The position numbers were made by a program, and so were the translations under genes. From Kineococcus radiotolerans SRS30216 = ATCC BAA-149 (lineage in GTDB: Bacteria; Actinomycetota; Actinomycetes; Actinomycetales; Kineococcaceae), in contig NC_009664.2 in the NCBI RefSeq assembly GCF_000017305.1, positions 1,500,001-1,532,000 on the forward strand: DNA of 32,000 bases, written 5' to 3'. Below, piece by piece: positions 8,727 through 22,909 of the stretch (the first letter of the stretch is position 1; every line of letters begins with the position of its first letter). The notes beneath the pieces were generated by a model. It was not told the origin of the DNA, did no database searches, and saw only the letters and a program-made list of their open reading frames with translations.

Positions 8727-10277
8727 GTGGCAGCTGCCGACCACCCCCCGAGCGGACCCGCCGCCACGACGACGACCGCTCCCCCGGGGAAGGGTCTGCA
8801 GCCCGGCGCGCTGGGGTTGTGGGGCAACACCGTGATCGGCCTCGGCGCGACCGCCCCGGCCTACAGCCTGGCCGCCACCCTGGGGTACGTCGTCCTCGCC
8901 GTGCACGACAAGGCGCCGGCGATGTTCCTCGTCGCGTTCGCCCCGATGCTGCTGGTGGCGCTGGCCTACCGGGAACTGAACCGGGCGGCGCCGGACTGCG
9001 GGACGACGTTCACCTGGGGCACGAAGGCCTTCGGCCCGTGGGTGGGCTGGATGGGCGGCTGGGGGGTCGCGGTTTCCGCGATCATCGTCCTCGCCAACGT
9101 CGCGGAGATCTCCGCGGTGTACACGCTCCGGTTCCTCGGGCTCGACGCCGCCGCCGACCACCTGGTGCTGCGGACCGCGCTGGGCCTGGTGTTCATCGTG
9201 GGCATGACCTGGATCAGCTACCGCGGGATCACGATCTCCGAGAAGCTGCAGAACGTCTTCATCGTCGTGCAGCTGGCGGTGCTGGGGATCGTCGCGCTGG
9301 GCGCGCTGTACCTGGTGTACTCCGGCGGCGCCGGGGACCAGGCCGTCCGCCCGCAGTGGGACTGGTTCAGCCCGTTCGGGGTGAGCGGTTCGGCCCTGGC
9401 CGAGGCGGTGATCCTCTGCATCTTCATCTACTGGGGGTGGGACGCCTGCCTCGCGGTGAGCGAGGAGACGAAGGACGCGGACCGGACCCCGGGCCGGGCG
9501 GCGCTGCTGGCGACGGTGATCCTGCTCGTCACCTACGTCCTGGTGGCGGTGGCGGTGCAGGCCTACGCCGGTTTCGGGACGACGGGCATCGGGCTGGCCA
9601 ACGAGGAGAACGCCGACGACGTCCTCACCCTCCTGGGCGAACCCGTCGGCGGGGCGGTGGTGTCCGGTGCGCTGCTGATCACCGTGGCGATCTCGGCGGC
9701 GTCCTCCACGCAGACGACGATCCTGCCCACGGCCCGCGGGACGCTGTCGATGGCGGTCTACGGGGCGCTGCCGCAGCGGTTCGCGAAGGTCCACCCGCGG
9801 TTCCGGACCCCCTCGTTCGGCACCCTGGTCATGGGCGCGGCGGCGGTGGTGTTCTACGTGGTGCTGAGCCTGGTGAGCCAGAACGCCCTGCAGGACTCGA
9901 TCGCCTCCCTCGGCCTGGCCGTCGCGTTCTACTACGGGATCACCGCGTTCGCGTGCGTCTGGTACTTCCGCCGGACCCTGAACCGCTCCGCGCGCGACTT
10001 CCTGCTGCGCGGGTTGCTCCCGGCGCTGGGCGGGCTGGCGATGCTGTGGGCGTTCGCGCAGAGCTGCGTGGACATGCTCGACCCGGAGTACGGGTACACG
10101 GCCTTCGGCTCCTGGGGCGGGGTGTTCGTCATCGGCGTGGGGATGCTGGCCCTCGGGGTCCCGCTGATGCTGCTGTGCGCGGTGCGGCTGCGGCCGTTCT
10201 TCCAGGGCCGCACCCTGGACGCCAGCACCCCGATCCTCGTCCCGGAGACGGGGGAACCGCCCATCGGCGGTCTGTGA
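8727..10277 (+). CDS. APC-superfamily amino acid/polyamine/organocation permease
   Basis: About 12 hydrophobic transmembrane segments and APC-type sequence (GLWGNTVIGLGATAPAYSL...). GTG at 8727 is preceded by GAGGAG. The TTG-extended N-terminus from the ORF track is Pro/Arg/Gly-rich and covers the intergenic repeats. Confidence 0.85.
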   Translation: MAAADHPPSGPAATTTTAPPGKGLQPGALGLWGNTVIGLGATAPAYSLAATLGYVVLAVHDKAPAMFLVAFAPMLLVALAYRELNRAAPDCGTTFTWGTKAFGPWVGWMGGWGVAVSAIIVLANVAEISAVYTLRFLGLDAAADHLVLRTALGLVFIVGMTWISYRGITISEKLQNVFIVVQLAVLGIVALGALYLVYSGGAGDQAVRPQWDWFSPFGVSGSALAEAVILCIFIYWGWDACLAVSEETKDADRTPGRAALLATVILLVTYVLVAVAVQAYAGFGTTGIGLANEENADDVLTLLGEPVGGAVVSGALLITVAISAASSTQTTILPTARGTLSMAVYGALPQRFAKVHPRFRTPSFGTLVMGAAAVVFYVVLSLVSQNALQDSIASLGLAVAFYYGITAFACVWYFRRTLNRSARDFLLRGLLPALGGLAMLWAFAQSCVDMLDPEYGYTAFGSWGGVFVIGVGMLALGVPLMLLCAVRLRPFFQGRTLDASTPILVPETGEPPIGGL

Positions 10278-10305
10278 CCCCCCTGCGGCTCGCCGCACCG
10301 GCGGG

Positions 10306-11406
10306 TCACGCGACGACGCGCTGGACCTCCAGCGCGTCGTCGAGCACGACCGCTCCCCCGCGCGCGCCCGGTTCCAGGTGCCCGACGTCGCCGCGCCCGA
10401 GCAGGGCGGCCGGGGTCGCGGTGAGCGCCGCGAGGGCGTCGTCGAGGTCGAGGCCCGCGACGGTCACGGCGTGGCGCAGGGCGCGGTCCAGCGTCAGGGT
10501 GCTGCCGGCGATGGTGCCGCCGTCCGCGAGGCGGGCCACCCCCGCGACGACGTCGACGTCGAGGTCGCCGAGGCGGTAGCGCCCGTCCGCGGAGCCGGCG
10601 GCGGCCATCGCGTCGCTGACGAGCGCGACCCGCCCGCGCCCGGCCCGGCGGGCGGCCAGCGAGAGCACCAGCGGGTCCAGGTGCACGCCGTCGGCGATGA
10701 GCTCGACGGTGACCCGCTCGTCCTCCAGCAGCACCCCGGCCGGGCCGGGGGCGCGGTGGTGCAGCGGCGGCATGGCGTTGAACAGGTGGGTGGCCAGGCG
10801 GGCGCCGGCGTCGACGGCGCGCCGGGTCAGGGCGGCGTCGGCGTCGGTGTGGCCGAGGGCCGCGACCGCCCCCGCGCCGGCGGTCCGGGCCACCGCGGCC
10901 AGGCCGCCGGGCCGTTCCGGGGCGAGGGTGACCACGCGCACCAGCCCGGTGCCCAGCAGCCGGTCGAGGTCGGCGGGCTCGGGGTCGCGCAGCAGCGCGG
11001 GGTCGTGCGCGCCGTGGTGGGCGGGGCTGAGCCAGGGGCCCTCCAGGTGCACCCCCGCGAGCAGCCCGTCGGCGACGAGGTCGGCGTAGGCGGCCAGCGT
11101 CGCGGCGAGCTCGTCGACGGGGCGGGTCACGAGGCTGGCGACGAGGGTCGTGGTGCCGTGGGCGCGGTGGGTGGCGGCGACGAGGGCCGCGTCCTCGACG
11201 GACCCGCCGAAGCCGGCCCCGCCCCCGCCGTGGCAGTGCACGTCGACGAAGCCGGGGACGACGTGCGCGCCGGTGACCGTCTCGTCGGCGGCCGGGGCGG
11301 GCCCGTCCCCGGCCCGCAGGACCTCGGCCCCGCGCAGCAGCACCCAGCCGTCGGGCAGCGTCCGCCGCCCGGTGCGGACGCTCCCCCGGGCGAGGACGGT
11401 CCTCAC
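10306..11406 (-). CDS. nagA: N-acetylglucosamine-6-phosphate deacetylase
   Basis: GFVDVHCHGGGG metal-binding motif, THLFNAM, and LVSDAMAAAG. GTG at 11406 overlaps the upstream stop (GTGA). The N-terminal 163 aa of the 529-aa track ORF is an out-of-frame overlap with the SIS gene. Confidence 0.85.
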   Translation of the reverse strand: MRTVLARGSVRTGRRTLPDGWVLLRGAEVLRAGDGPAPAADETVTGAHVVPGFVDVHCHGGGGAGFGGSVEDAALVAATHRAHGTTTLVASLVTRPVDELAATLAAYADLVADGLLAGVHLEGPWLSPAHHGAHDPALLRDPEPADLDRLLGTGLVRVVTLAPERPGGLAAVARTAGAGAVAALGHTDADAALTRRAVDAGARLATHLFNAMPPLHHRAPGPAGVLLEDERVTVELIADGVHLDPLVLSLAARRAGRGRVALVSDAMAAAGSADGRYRLGDLDVDVVAGVARLADGGTIAGSTLTLDRALRHAVTVAGLDLDDALAALTATPAALLGRGDVGHLEPGARGGAVVLDDALEVQRVVA

Positions 11407-12452
11407 CGGGTCTCGGTGACCTTGCGCAGGCCCCGCGGGGCGTCGGGGTCCAGCCCGCGGGCCACCGCCATCTCCAGCGCCAGGCGCTGCAGCGGCACGA
11501 TCTGCACCACCGGCGCGAGGTCCTCCGGCATCCCCGCCGGCAGGTCGAGTCGCACGGTGGCGTCGGGGGCCACCCCGCCGGGCGCCACCGCGCACACGTC
11601 CGCGCCGCGTTCGGCCAGCGCCGCCAGCACCGGGGCCATCGCCTCCCCGCCGCGCCCCTGCGGCACGACCGCGATGACGGGGCGGTCCGCGTCGACCATC
11701 GCCAGCGGCCCGTGCATGAGGTCGGCGGCGGAGAACGCCTGGGCGGAGAGGTAGGAGGTCTCCATCAGCTTCAGCGCCGCCTCCCGCGCGGTGGGGTAGG
11801 AGTACCCGCGCGCGGTGAGCACCAGGCGGTCCACGAACCGGTAGCGGGTCGCGACCTCCACCACGTCGCCCGCGTCCACGGCCCGCGCCAGCCACCCCGG
11901 CACCGCGCCCGCCGGGGCGAGGTCACCCCCGCGCCAGCTCGTCACCAGCAGCCACAGGGTCAGCAGCTGCGCGGTGTAGCTCTTGGTCGCGGCCACCGCC
12001 AGCTCCGGGCCGGCGTGGACGTCGAGGTGGTGCTCGGCGGCTGCGGCCAGCGGGGAGGCGGGGTTGTTGGTGACGGCCAGGGTGATCGCCCCGGCCCGGC
12101 GGGCGGCGGCGGTGGACTCCACCAGGTCCGGGGAGCCGCCGGACTGGCTGATGCTGATCCACAGCACCCCGGTCAGGTCGGGGGTGGCGCCGTAGACGGT
12201 GAGGGTCGAGGTGGAGGTCAGCCCGCAGGGCAGGCCGAGGCCGACCTCGACGAGGTACTTGGCGTAGAGGGCGGCGTGGTCGCTGGTGCCGCGGGCGGTG
12301 AGCAGCACCGCGCGCGGGGCGGCGTCGCGGATCAGCCCCGCGAGGCGGGTGACCTCGCTGCCCGCGCCGGCGGCGGTGGTGAGGATCCCCTCGGCCACCG
12401 CGGGCTGCTCGGCGATCTCGGAACGGACCAGGTGTCCCCGGGGGGTGCTCAC
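11403..12452 (-). CDS. Double-SIS-domain sugar-phosphate isomerase/deaminase (GlmS-isomerase-like, NagB-II/AgaS/FrlB type)
   Basis: SIS motifs TARGTSDHAA and ISQSGGSPD, and no glutaminase domain. GTG at 12452 is preceded by GGAG with a 6-nt spacer. Translationally coupled to nagA. Confidence 0.8.
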   Translation of the reverse strand: MSTPRGHLVRSEIAEQPAVAEGILTTAAGAGSEVTRLAGLIRDAAPRAVLLTARGTSDHAALYAKYLVEVGLGLPCGLTSTSTLTVYGATPDLTGVLWISISQSGGSPDLVESTAAARRAGAITLAVTNNPASPLAAAAEHHLDVHAGPELAVAATKSYTAQLLTLWLLVTSWRGGDLAPAGAVPGWLARAVDAGDVVEVATRYRFVDRLVLTARGYSYPTAREAALKLMETSYLSAQAFSAADLMHGPLAMVDADRPVIAVVPQGRGGEAMAPVLAALAERGADVCAVAPGGVAPDATVRLDLPAGMPEDLAPVVQIVPLQRLALEMAVARGLDPDAPRGLRKVTETR

Positions 12453-12489
12453 GCGCGGCTCCAGTCGGTGCGGAGGGGTGTGAAGGAAG

Positions 12490-12518
12490 TTGACACGACC
12501 GTAGCCGGTGATGAAAGT
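12490..12518 (+). promoter_or_regulatory. Candidate promoter for the RpiR gene inside a relatively AT-rich nag/rpiR divergent intergenic region
   Basis: TTGACA (12490-12495), 17 nt, then GAAAGT (12513-12518). Flanking direct-repeat-like elements: GTGTGAAGGAAGTT and GTGATGAAAGTT. Confidence 0.4.
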
Positions 12519-12547
12519 TCTCACCAGACCCTTCCGGACGGAGACCC

Positions 12548-13438
12548 GTGACCGCACCCGAGCCCGCGCACCTGCACGCCCACCTGCTGGCCGCCGTCCC
12601 CTCCGCGACCGCGTCCGGCGCCCGGGTCCTGCAGGCCCTGCTCGCCGACCCCGCCGGCGCCGCGCAGCTCACCGTCACCGACCTCGCCCGGCGCACCTCC
12701 ACCAGCGAGGCCACCGTCGTGCGCACGGCCCGCTCCCTGGGCTTCGCCGGCTACCCGCAGCTGCGCCTCGCCCTGGCCGCCGCCGGCGCCCACCACGAAC
12801 CCGCCGCCCTGCTCACCGGCTCCCTGGAGGACACCGCCGACCTCGCGACGGTCGTGGCCACGCTCGCCGCCGTGGAGACCGAGGCCGTCGCGGCCACCGC
12901 CCGCACCCTCGACGTCGCCGCCCTGGCCGCCGCGGCCGACGCCGTGCACGCCGCCCGCGTCGTCGACTGCTACGGCATCGGCGCCTCGGGCCTGCTGGCC
13001 GCCGACTTCGACCACAAGGCCGCCCGGGTCGGGCTGGTGACCCGGCTGCGCACCGAGGGGCACGCCGCGCTGGTGAGCTCCGCGCTGCTGGGACCGGGCG
13101 ACGCGGCCCTCGCCGTCAGCCACTCCGGGCGCACGCCCGACCTCGTCGGCTCCGCCCGGCAGGCCCGCGAGCGGGGCGCCGCGGTCATCGCGGTGACGAG
13201 CTCCCCGGGGTCCCCGCTGGCCGCGGCGGCTGACCACGTGCTCGTCGCGACCGGGCGCGAGACCGCCTACCGCGCCGGCGCGATGGCCAGCCGCGCGAGC
13301 TCCCTGCTCGTGCTGGACTGCCTCTACGTCGCCGTCGTGCAGCGGCTGGGCCCCGCCGCGACCGCGGCCCTGCGCGGGACCTACCGCGCGGTGGAGGGGT
13401 CCCGGGCCGCGCCCGCGGACCCGCCCGGCTCCCGCTGA
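12548..13438 (+). CDS. MurR/RpiR family transcriptional regulator (HTH plus SIS sensor domain)
   Basis: HTH_6-like TVTDLARRTSTSEATVVRTARSLGFAGYPQLRLAL and SIS motif VSHSGRTPD. Divergent from the SIS-nagA operon. Confidence 0.85.
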   Translation: MTAPEPAHLHAHLLAAVPSATASGARVLQALLADPAGAAQLTVTDLARRTSTSEATVVRTARSLGFAGYPQLRLALAAAGAHHEPAALLTGSLEDTADLATVVATLAAVETEAVAATARTLDVAALAAAADAVHAARVVDCYGIGASGLLAADFDHKAARVGLVTRLRTEGHAALVSSALLGPGDAALAVSHSGRTPDLVGSARQARERGAAVIAVTSSPGSPLAAAADHVLVATGRETAYRAGAMASRASSLLVLDCLYVAVVQRLGPAATAALRGTYRAVEGSRAAPADPPGSR

Positions 13439-13452
13439 CCCCGCCCGCGGCG

Positions 13453-14976
13453 TCAGGCGGTCCCGGGGCGCGCCCACAGCTGCACGCGCACCTGGCCGTG
13501 CTCCGCGTCGAAGCGCAGGGACCGCCCGGTGCGGACCGCCGCCGAGGACGCCGGGAAGACGACCTCCCAGGGGTCGTTGAGCCGGATCCCCACCAGCCAC
13601 ACCCGTGACCGGCCCGCCAGCACCGCGGCGCGCTCGCCGTCGGGCACCTCGTCCCCCCCGATGGACACGCTGACGGGGGTGTCCCGGCGCAGCAGGACGT
13701 CGTCGAGACCGAGCCCGGGGGGCAGGTGGAGGCGCGCCATCGGCCGGGTCGTGTTGCCCAGGTAGACCACCGCGTCCCCGGGACGGGCCCGGGCGGCCAG
13801 GTCCCGGGCCGCCGAGGGCATGTCGTCGACGACGTAGGGCTGCCGGCGCACCTCGGCCAGGTGCGGGACCTGGGCCACCAGCAGCAGCGCCGCGGCCAGC
13901 CCCGCGACGAGCGCGCGCCGGGCGCTCCCCCGCCCCGCGACCGCCGCCACCCCCAGCCCGCAGAGGACCGCCACCCCCGGCGCGGCGGCCGTGGCGTAGC
14001 GGGGCTCGAACAGCTGCCCCCCGAGGGCGGAAGCGGCGTTCGCCGCCACGGGCGCCGCGACCCACGCCGCGGTGAACAGCGCCTCGAACCGGCCGCGCCC
14101 GCCCGCCCGTCCCGACCGGGCGAGGAGCCCGGCCCCGCACAGCACGGCGAGCACCACCAGCGCCACCGTCCCCCCGGCGACGGAGTGCCACAGCCCCAGC
14201 GTGCGGGAGAGCACCGGGAAGTCGTCGCCGATGCGGTTGGGCGCCTGCCCGAAGCCGACGGCCACCATGGCCAGGGTCACCAGCACGAGGGGGACGGCCC
14301 CCAGCAGGACGCGACGGCGCCGCGCCGCCGCGGGGCGCAGGAGCACGACGGCGACGAGCGCGGCGCACGCCGGCGCCCCGCTCAGCACGTGCAGGGCCGC
14401 GGCCGCCGTCGACGCCCCCACCCACAGCAGCAGCCAGCGGCCCCGGGGCCGCTCCCGGTCGCGCAGCAGGCCGTAGGCCGCCGCGGTCACGCACAGCACG
14501 ACCACCGGGTAGGGGCGGGCCTCCTGGCTGTGCTCGACGAGCACCGGGAGCAGCGCGGCGCACAGCCCCGCGCCCACCCCCGCCGCGGCCCCCCCGACCG
14601 GGCCCCGCAGCCGCCGGGCGCACCCCGCGACCAGGCCCACGGCCACCACGGCCGCCACGGCCCCGGGCAGCCGCAACCACGCCGCGCTCTGCGACACCTG
14701 CACCCACGGGTGCACGAGGGCGTACCACGGGCCCAGGCCCGCGTCGGTGACCCGCAGGCCCCGCAGCATCACCGCCGGCTCCCGGACGGCGGTGGCCAGG
14801 GTGTAGATCTCGTCGCGCCACAGGGGTTTCGCGTCGTAGCGCCACGCGGTGGCCGCGAGCGCGACCGCGACCGGCAGCGCCCACCACCAGGCGGCCGCGA
14901 CCCGGCGCGGGAGGCGGCCCCGCCGGGCACCGGCCGGGCGGACCGGGCGGACGGTCGGGGCGGCGGTTCGGGGCAC
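13453..14976 (-). CDS. Polytopic membrane protein, GT-C fold glycosyltransferase (family 39/ArnT/PMT-like)
   Basis: Many hydrophobic helices. Acidic first-loop motif PLWRDEIYT, typical of GT-C enzymes. Soluble C-terminal domain. GTG at 14976 is the only plausible start before the divergent kinase gene, but it has no clear SD sequence. Confidence 0.6.
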   Translation of the reverse strand: MPRTAAPTVRPVRPAGARRGRLPRRVAAAWWWALPVAVALAATAWRYDAKPLWRDEIYTLATAVREPAVMLRGLRVTDAGLGPWYALVHPWVQVSQSAAWLRLPGAVAAVVAVGLVAGCARRLRGPVGGAAAGVGAGLCAALLPVLVEHSQEARPYPVVVLCVTAAAYGLLRDRERPRGRWLLLWVGASTAAAALHVLSGAPACAALVAVVLLRPAAARRRRVLLGAVPLVLVTLAMVAVGFGQAPNRIGDDFPVLSRTLGLWHSVAGGTVALVVLAVLCGAGLLARSGRAGGRGRFEALFTAAWVAAPVAANAASALGGQLFEPRYATAAAPGVAVLCGLGVAAVAGRGSARRALVAGLAAALLLVAQVPHLAEVRRQPYVVDDMPSAARDLAARARPGDAVVYLGNTTRPMARLHLPPGLGLDDVLLRRDTPVSVSIGGDEVPDGERAAVLAGRSRVWLVGIRLNDPWEVVFPASSAAVRTGRSLRFDAEHGQVRVQLWARPGTA

Positions 14977-15090
14977 GCAGGCACCGTAGGGGAACCCGCG
15001 GGGCGCGGGGCGTCGCCGGGTCCGGGCGCGCGCGGCGCGTCCCCGCCGCGGTGGTGGTTCGCTGGGGCCACCCGACGGAGGAGGAACCCC

Positions 15091-15588
15091 GTGCTGATCG
15101 TCCTGTCCGGCCTGCCCGGCAGCGGCAAGACCACGCTGGCCCGCGCGCTCGCCGCCGGCGGCGCCGTCCACCTGCGCCTGGACACCGTCGAGCAGGCCCT
15201 CGTCGACGCGGGCGTCCAGACCCACCCGGTCGGACCCGCCGGCTACCAGGTCCTGCGCGCCCTCGCCGGGGACCTGCTGCGGCAGGGGCGGACGGTGGTG
15301 GCCGACACCGTGAACCCGCTGCCCCTGACCCGCGACCTGTGGCGGCAGGTCGCCCGGGACGCCGGGACGGGGTTCCGCGACGTCGAGGTCGTGTGCTCCG
15401 ACCCCGCCCGGCACGAGGCCCGCGTGCGCGGGCGGGAGAGCGACATCCCGGGGTGGCCGCAGCCGACGTGGGAGCAGGTGCGGGAGTGGGGCTTCACCCC
15501 GTGGACGGGGGAACGCCTCGTCCTGGACACCGCCACCGCCGACCCCGCCGACCTGGCCCGCGCCGTGCTGGCGGGGTCGGTCCCGTGA
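15091..15588 (+). CDS. Small P-loop kinase/NTPase (AAA_33-like)
   Basis: Walker A motif LSGLPGSGKTTLA directly at the N-terminus on a 165-aa protein. GTG at 15091 is preceded by GGAGGAGGA. Confidence 0.7.
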   Translation: MLIVLSGLPGSGKTTLARALAAGGAVHLRLDTVEQALVDAGVQTHPVGPAGYQVLRALAGDLLRQGRTVVADTVNPLPLTRDLWRQVARDAGTGFRDVEVVCSDPARHEARVRGRESDIPGWPQPTWEQVREWGFTPWTGERLVLDTATADPADLARAVLAGSVP

Positions 15589-15597
15589 GGGCGGGGG

Positions 15598-19447
<3,850 letters not shown>

Positions 19448-19469
19448 CGCCGGCGGGGACCGGTCGCCG

Positions 19470-19937
19470 TCAGGGCTGGACGGTGACCGGTTCCGCGTCG
19501 CAGATGCGCAGCAGTTCCGCGTACGTCGTGGGGAACACCGTGCGCGGGGTCCCCGCCGCGGCCCACACGACGTCGTAGCGCAGCAGGTCCACGTCGACGA
19601 CGGTCCGCAGGTGGGTGGGGTGCCCCACCGGCGCCACCCCGCCGATCGGCTGCCCCGTCGCCGCCCGCACCGCCGCGGCGCCGGGACGGGTGAGTTCGCG
19701 CGCCCCCAGCACGGCGGCGGTGTGCTCGGGGTCCACCCGGTGCGCCCCGCTGGTCAGCACCAGGACGGGGTCGCCGTCGGCGAGGAACAGCAGGCTGCTC
19801 GCGATCGCCCCCACCGGGCACCCCAGCGCCCCGGCCGCCTCGGCCGCGGTGCGCGCCGGGGCCGTCAGCTCCACGACCTCCGGCTCCGCCCCGGCCGCGC
19901 GCAGGGCCTCCGACACGACTTCGGCGTTGCGGTGCAC
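19470..19937 (-). CDS. YbaK/EbsC-type aminoacyl-tRNA editing (deacylase) domain protein
   Basis: YbaK-like sequence (AAEAAGALGCPVGAIASSLLFL...GQPIGGVAPVGHP). GTG at 19937 is preceded by GGGAG. It lies 22 nt downstream of the LuxR stop. Confidence 0.8.
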   Translation of the reverse strand: MHRNAEVVSEALRAAGAEPEVVELTAPARTAAEAAGALGCPVGAIASSLLFLADGDPVLVLTSGAHRVDPEHTAAVLGARELTRPGAAAVRAATGQPIGGVAPVGHPTHLRTVVDVDLLRYDVVWAAAGTPRTVFPTTYAELLRICDAEPVTVQP

Positions 19938-19959
19938 GCGGGCTCCCGAGCTCGTGGTC

Positions 19960-22871
19960 CTAGGTGTCCTGGCGGTCCTGGTCCGTCGGCGAGGAGTGGA
20001 GCAGGCCGCTGCGCAACCCGATCGACACCGCCTCGGCGCGGGAGGACGCACCCAGCTTGGCGAAGATGCGGGAGACGTGCACGCTGGCGGTCTTCTCGGC
20101 CATGAACAGCTGCTCCCCGACCTGGCGGTTGGTGCGTCCCGCGGCCAGCAGGTCCAGGACCTGCAGCTCCCGGGCGGTCAGCGGACCGCGCCCCGGGGAG
20201 GCGCTCGCGCGCACCCGGCGGGCCAGGTCCTCCAGCACCGCCGAGAGCGGGACCGCGCGCAACCGCGAGGCCGCCCGCCGCGCCTCGTCGAGGGCGAGCA
20301 GCCCCTCCTCGCGCAGACCGGCCGCCGCGCACGCCTCGGCCAGCCGCCAGCGGCAGCGCGCCAGCTCGAGGACGTCACCGCCGGTGAACCCCTCCACCGC
20401 CGCCCGCCAGGCCGTGACCTGCTCCGGCGCGGGCACCCCCCGGGCCCGGGCGACCTCGGCGTGCAGGACCGCCACCCAGGCGCGGCCCTCCGGCCCCAGG
20501 ACGCCCGCGCGGGGCTGCCCGACGGCCACGAGGTCGAGGACCCGGGCGCGCACACGTTCCACGAGCGGGTCGTCACCGCGGCCGGCGTCGGCCAGGGCGG
20601 CCACGGCCAGCGCCCCCAGGCGCAGCCCCAGCAGGTGGGAGGGGTGCTCGACGCCGCGGAAGCTGGACAGCGCCGCGACGAGCACCTCGGCCGCGGCCGC
20701 GGGCTCACCGCGCCAGCGCAGCACCTCGGCCCGGGCGAGGGCCGCGGACAGCCCCTCGTCGGGGTCGTCCAGCCACGCCGGGTCGAGCGCGGCCAGGGCC
20801 TCCTCGAACGCCCCGCGCGCGGCCAGCACCCGGGCCGCGACCACCCCGACGGCCGTCGCGACCTGCGGCGGCGCCTGCGGGCCGACGGCGCGGGCCTGGC
20901 GCAGGGCCCGGTCGAACTCCCCGCCGGCGGCGCTCGCGGTCACCTGCAGGGACAGCAGCTGCATGCCGTAGGGCGCCCAGGTCAGGCCCACCGAGGCCGC
21001 CCAGGCGCAGGAGTCGTCGAGGACCTGCGTGGCCCCGGGCAGGTCGCCGCGGTCGTAGCGGTCGGCGGCGCGGTTGTAGCGGGCCCGCAGCGCGGTCTCG
21101 AGGTGGCCGGCCCGCTCGGCCGCGCGCGCGGCGCGTGCGAAGAGGGCGTCGGCGTCGGCCAGCGCCCCGGCGAGGTTGTCCAGCCCGCCGAGGGTGGTGA
21201 GGGCGTCGGCCTCGGCGCCGGCGAGACCGCCCGCGGCGGCCAGGGCCAGCGCGCGCTCGGCCTCGCGGCGGGACTCCGCGAACCGGTCCAGGTGCAGGAA
21301 GCACCGGGCGGCGATCGCGGTCGCCCAGCAGACCGCCGGCGCCGCCGCGGGGTCCTCGCCCCCGCGCCGCTGCGCCGCGTGCGCCTGCTCCAGGGCCTCC
21401 TCGTCGCGGTCGCAGGCCCACAGCGCCGCCGCGCACTGGCGGTGGACCTCGGCGGCGACGGCGGGCGCGGCGTCGGCGGGCAGCAGGTCCACGGCCCCGC
21501 GGGCCAGCAGGGCCGAGCGGGCGGGGTCCCCGGCGGTGCGGCCAGCTCCGAGGCGCGCACGGTGAGGGCCATCAGGGTGGTCCCGGTGCACGCGGCGGCG
21601 TCGGGCACCGCGTCCCACAGCGGCAGCGCCTCCTCGACGTGGTGCCAGGCCTCGGCGGGGGCCCGCAGCCGTTCGGCCTCGTCGGCGGCGGCGATCCCGG
21701 CGACCAGCGCCCCCGCGAGGTCGTGGCTGCGCCGGGCGTGGTGGGCGAGCTCGGCGGCCGAGGCGAGGGGGCGCCCGGCCGCGGCGGAGTCGGCGACGAC
21801 CCGGGCGAAGGCGGCGTGCAGGCGCACCCGCTCCCCCGGCAGCAGGTCCTCGTAGACGGCCTCGTGCAGCAGGGCGTGGTGGAAGGCGTAGCCGTCCTGG
21901 CCGTCGACGTCGAGGACGCCGGCGGTGACGGCGGCCCGGACCGCCCGCTCGACGTCGTCCTCGCCGGCCCCCGTGGCCGCGCGCAGCAGGTCGTGGCGGA
22001 CGCGGCGGCCCCCGACGGCGGCGGCGCGGACGAGGTCGGCGACCTCGGCGGGCAGCGACTCGACCCGCCCGATCACCACGTCGGCCAGCGCGCTGGGCAG
22101 CCGGCCGTCGCGGCCGGGACCGGCGAGCAGGAGCTCCGCGGCGTAGTAGGCGTTGCCCTCGGCGCGCTGGTGGATCCGCCGCAGGGTCGCGGGGTCGGGG
22201 TCGTGCCCGGCCAGGGCGCGCAGGAACCTCCGCATCTCGTCCACGTCGAAGGGGTTGAGGACGACGCGGCGCACCGCCGGGAGGCGGGCCAGCTCGGCCA
22301 GGACCGGGCGCAGCGGGTGCCGGCGGTGCAGGTCGTCGGTGCGGACGGTGGCGACGACCAGCAGGCGCTCCCCGCGCAGCCGGCGCAGCAGGAAGGTCAG
22401 CAGGCCGAGGCTGGCGCCGTCGGCCCAGTGCAGGTCCTCGAGGACCAGCAGGACCTCGTTCTCGCGGGCGGCGGCGGCCAGGACCCCGGCGACGGCGTCG
22501 AAGAGCTGCAGCTGCGACAGGCCGGGCTCCCCGGGCCCGGGGCGGTCCCCGAACCACCAGTCCTGCGCGGCGCTGCGGCGCAGCGGTTCGAGGGCCTCGA
22601 CGAAGGGCAGGTAGGGCAGGGCCCCGCTCCCGGCGGAGGCGCAGTGGCCGACGAGGACGGTGCCGCCGCGGGCCCGGGCGCGGTCGGCGAGCTCGGCGAC
22701 GAGCCGGGACTTGCCCACCCCGGCGTCGGCCTCGACGAGCACGGCGCCGGAGGTGCCGGCCCGGGCGTCGTCGAGGGCGCGCTCGAGGGCGTCGAGCTCG
22801 GGGGCGCGCCCGACGAGCTCGGGCGCGCGGGGGCCCCCGGCGGCGGGCGGCAGGACGGGCACGCCCGTCAT
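19960..22871 (-). pseudogene. Large ATP-binding LuxR-family (LAL/MalT-like, STAND-type) regulator interrupted by a frameshift near 21535-21555
   Basis: The N-terminal part (frame of ORF 20982..22931) has Walker A EADAGVGKSRLV and a Walker-B-like LLVLEDLHWAD. The C-terminal part (frame of ORF 19960..22557) has helical TPR-like repeats and the LuxR HTH LTARELQVLDLLAAGRTNRQVGEQLFMAEKTASVHVSRIFAKLG. Sensible sequence switches frame between ...MALTVRASELA and GRTAGDPARSALLARGAVDLL. The start is ATG 22871 or GTG 22931. Confidence 0.75.
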
Positions 22872-22909
22872 CGTGGCACCGGCCGCGGGGGCGCGCGGCG
22901 GTGCGGGGC

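Noticed and set aside
10306-11895. 529-aa version of nagA, and extended versions of other genes (13453-15414, 13726-15588, 16319-19447, 25499-28453, 27769-30633, 7487-8548, 8598-10277)
   Set aside because: The ORF finder reports the longest ORF. In each case the N-terminal extension is Arg/Pro/Gly-rich, overlaps a neighbouring real gene or an intergenic operator, and an internal start with SD or leaderless context precedes the recognisable domain.
12521-14887. 788-aa minus-strand ORF spanning the RpiR and GT-C genes
   Set aside because: The composition is almost entirely G/R/A/P with no motifs. It overlaps two genes that have recognisable HTH/SIS motifs and transmembrane architecture.
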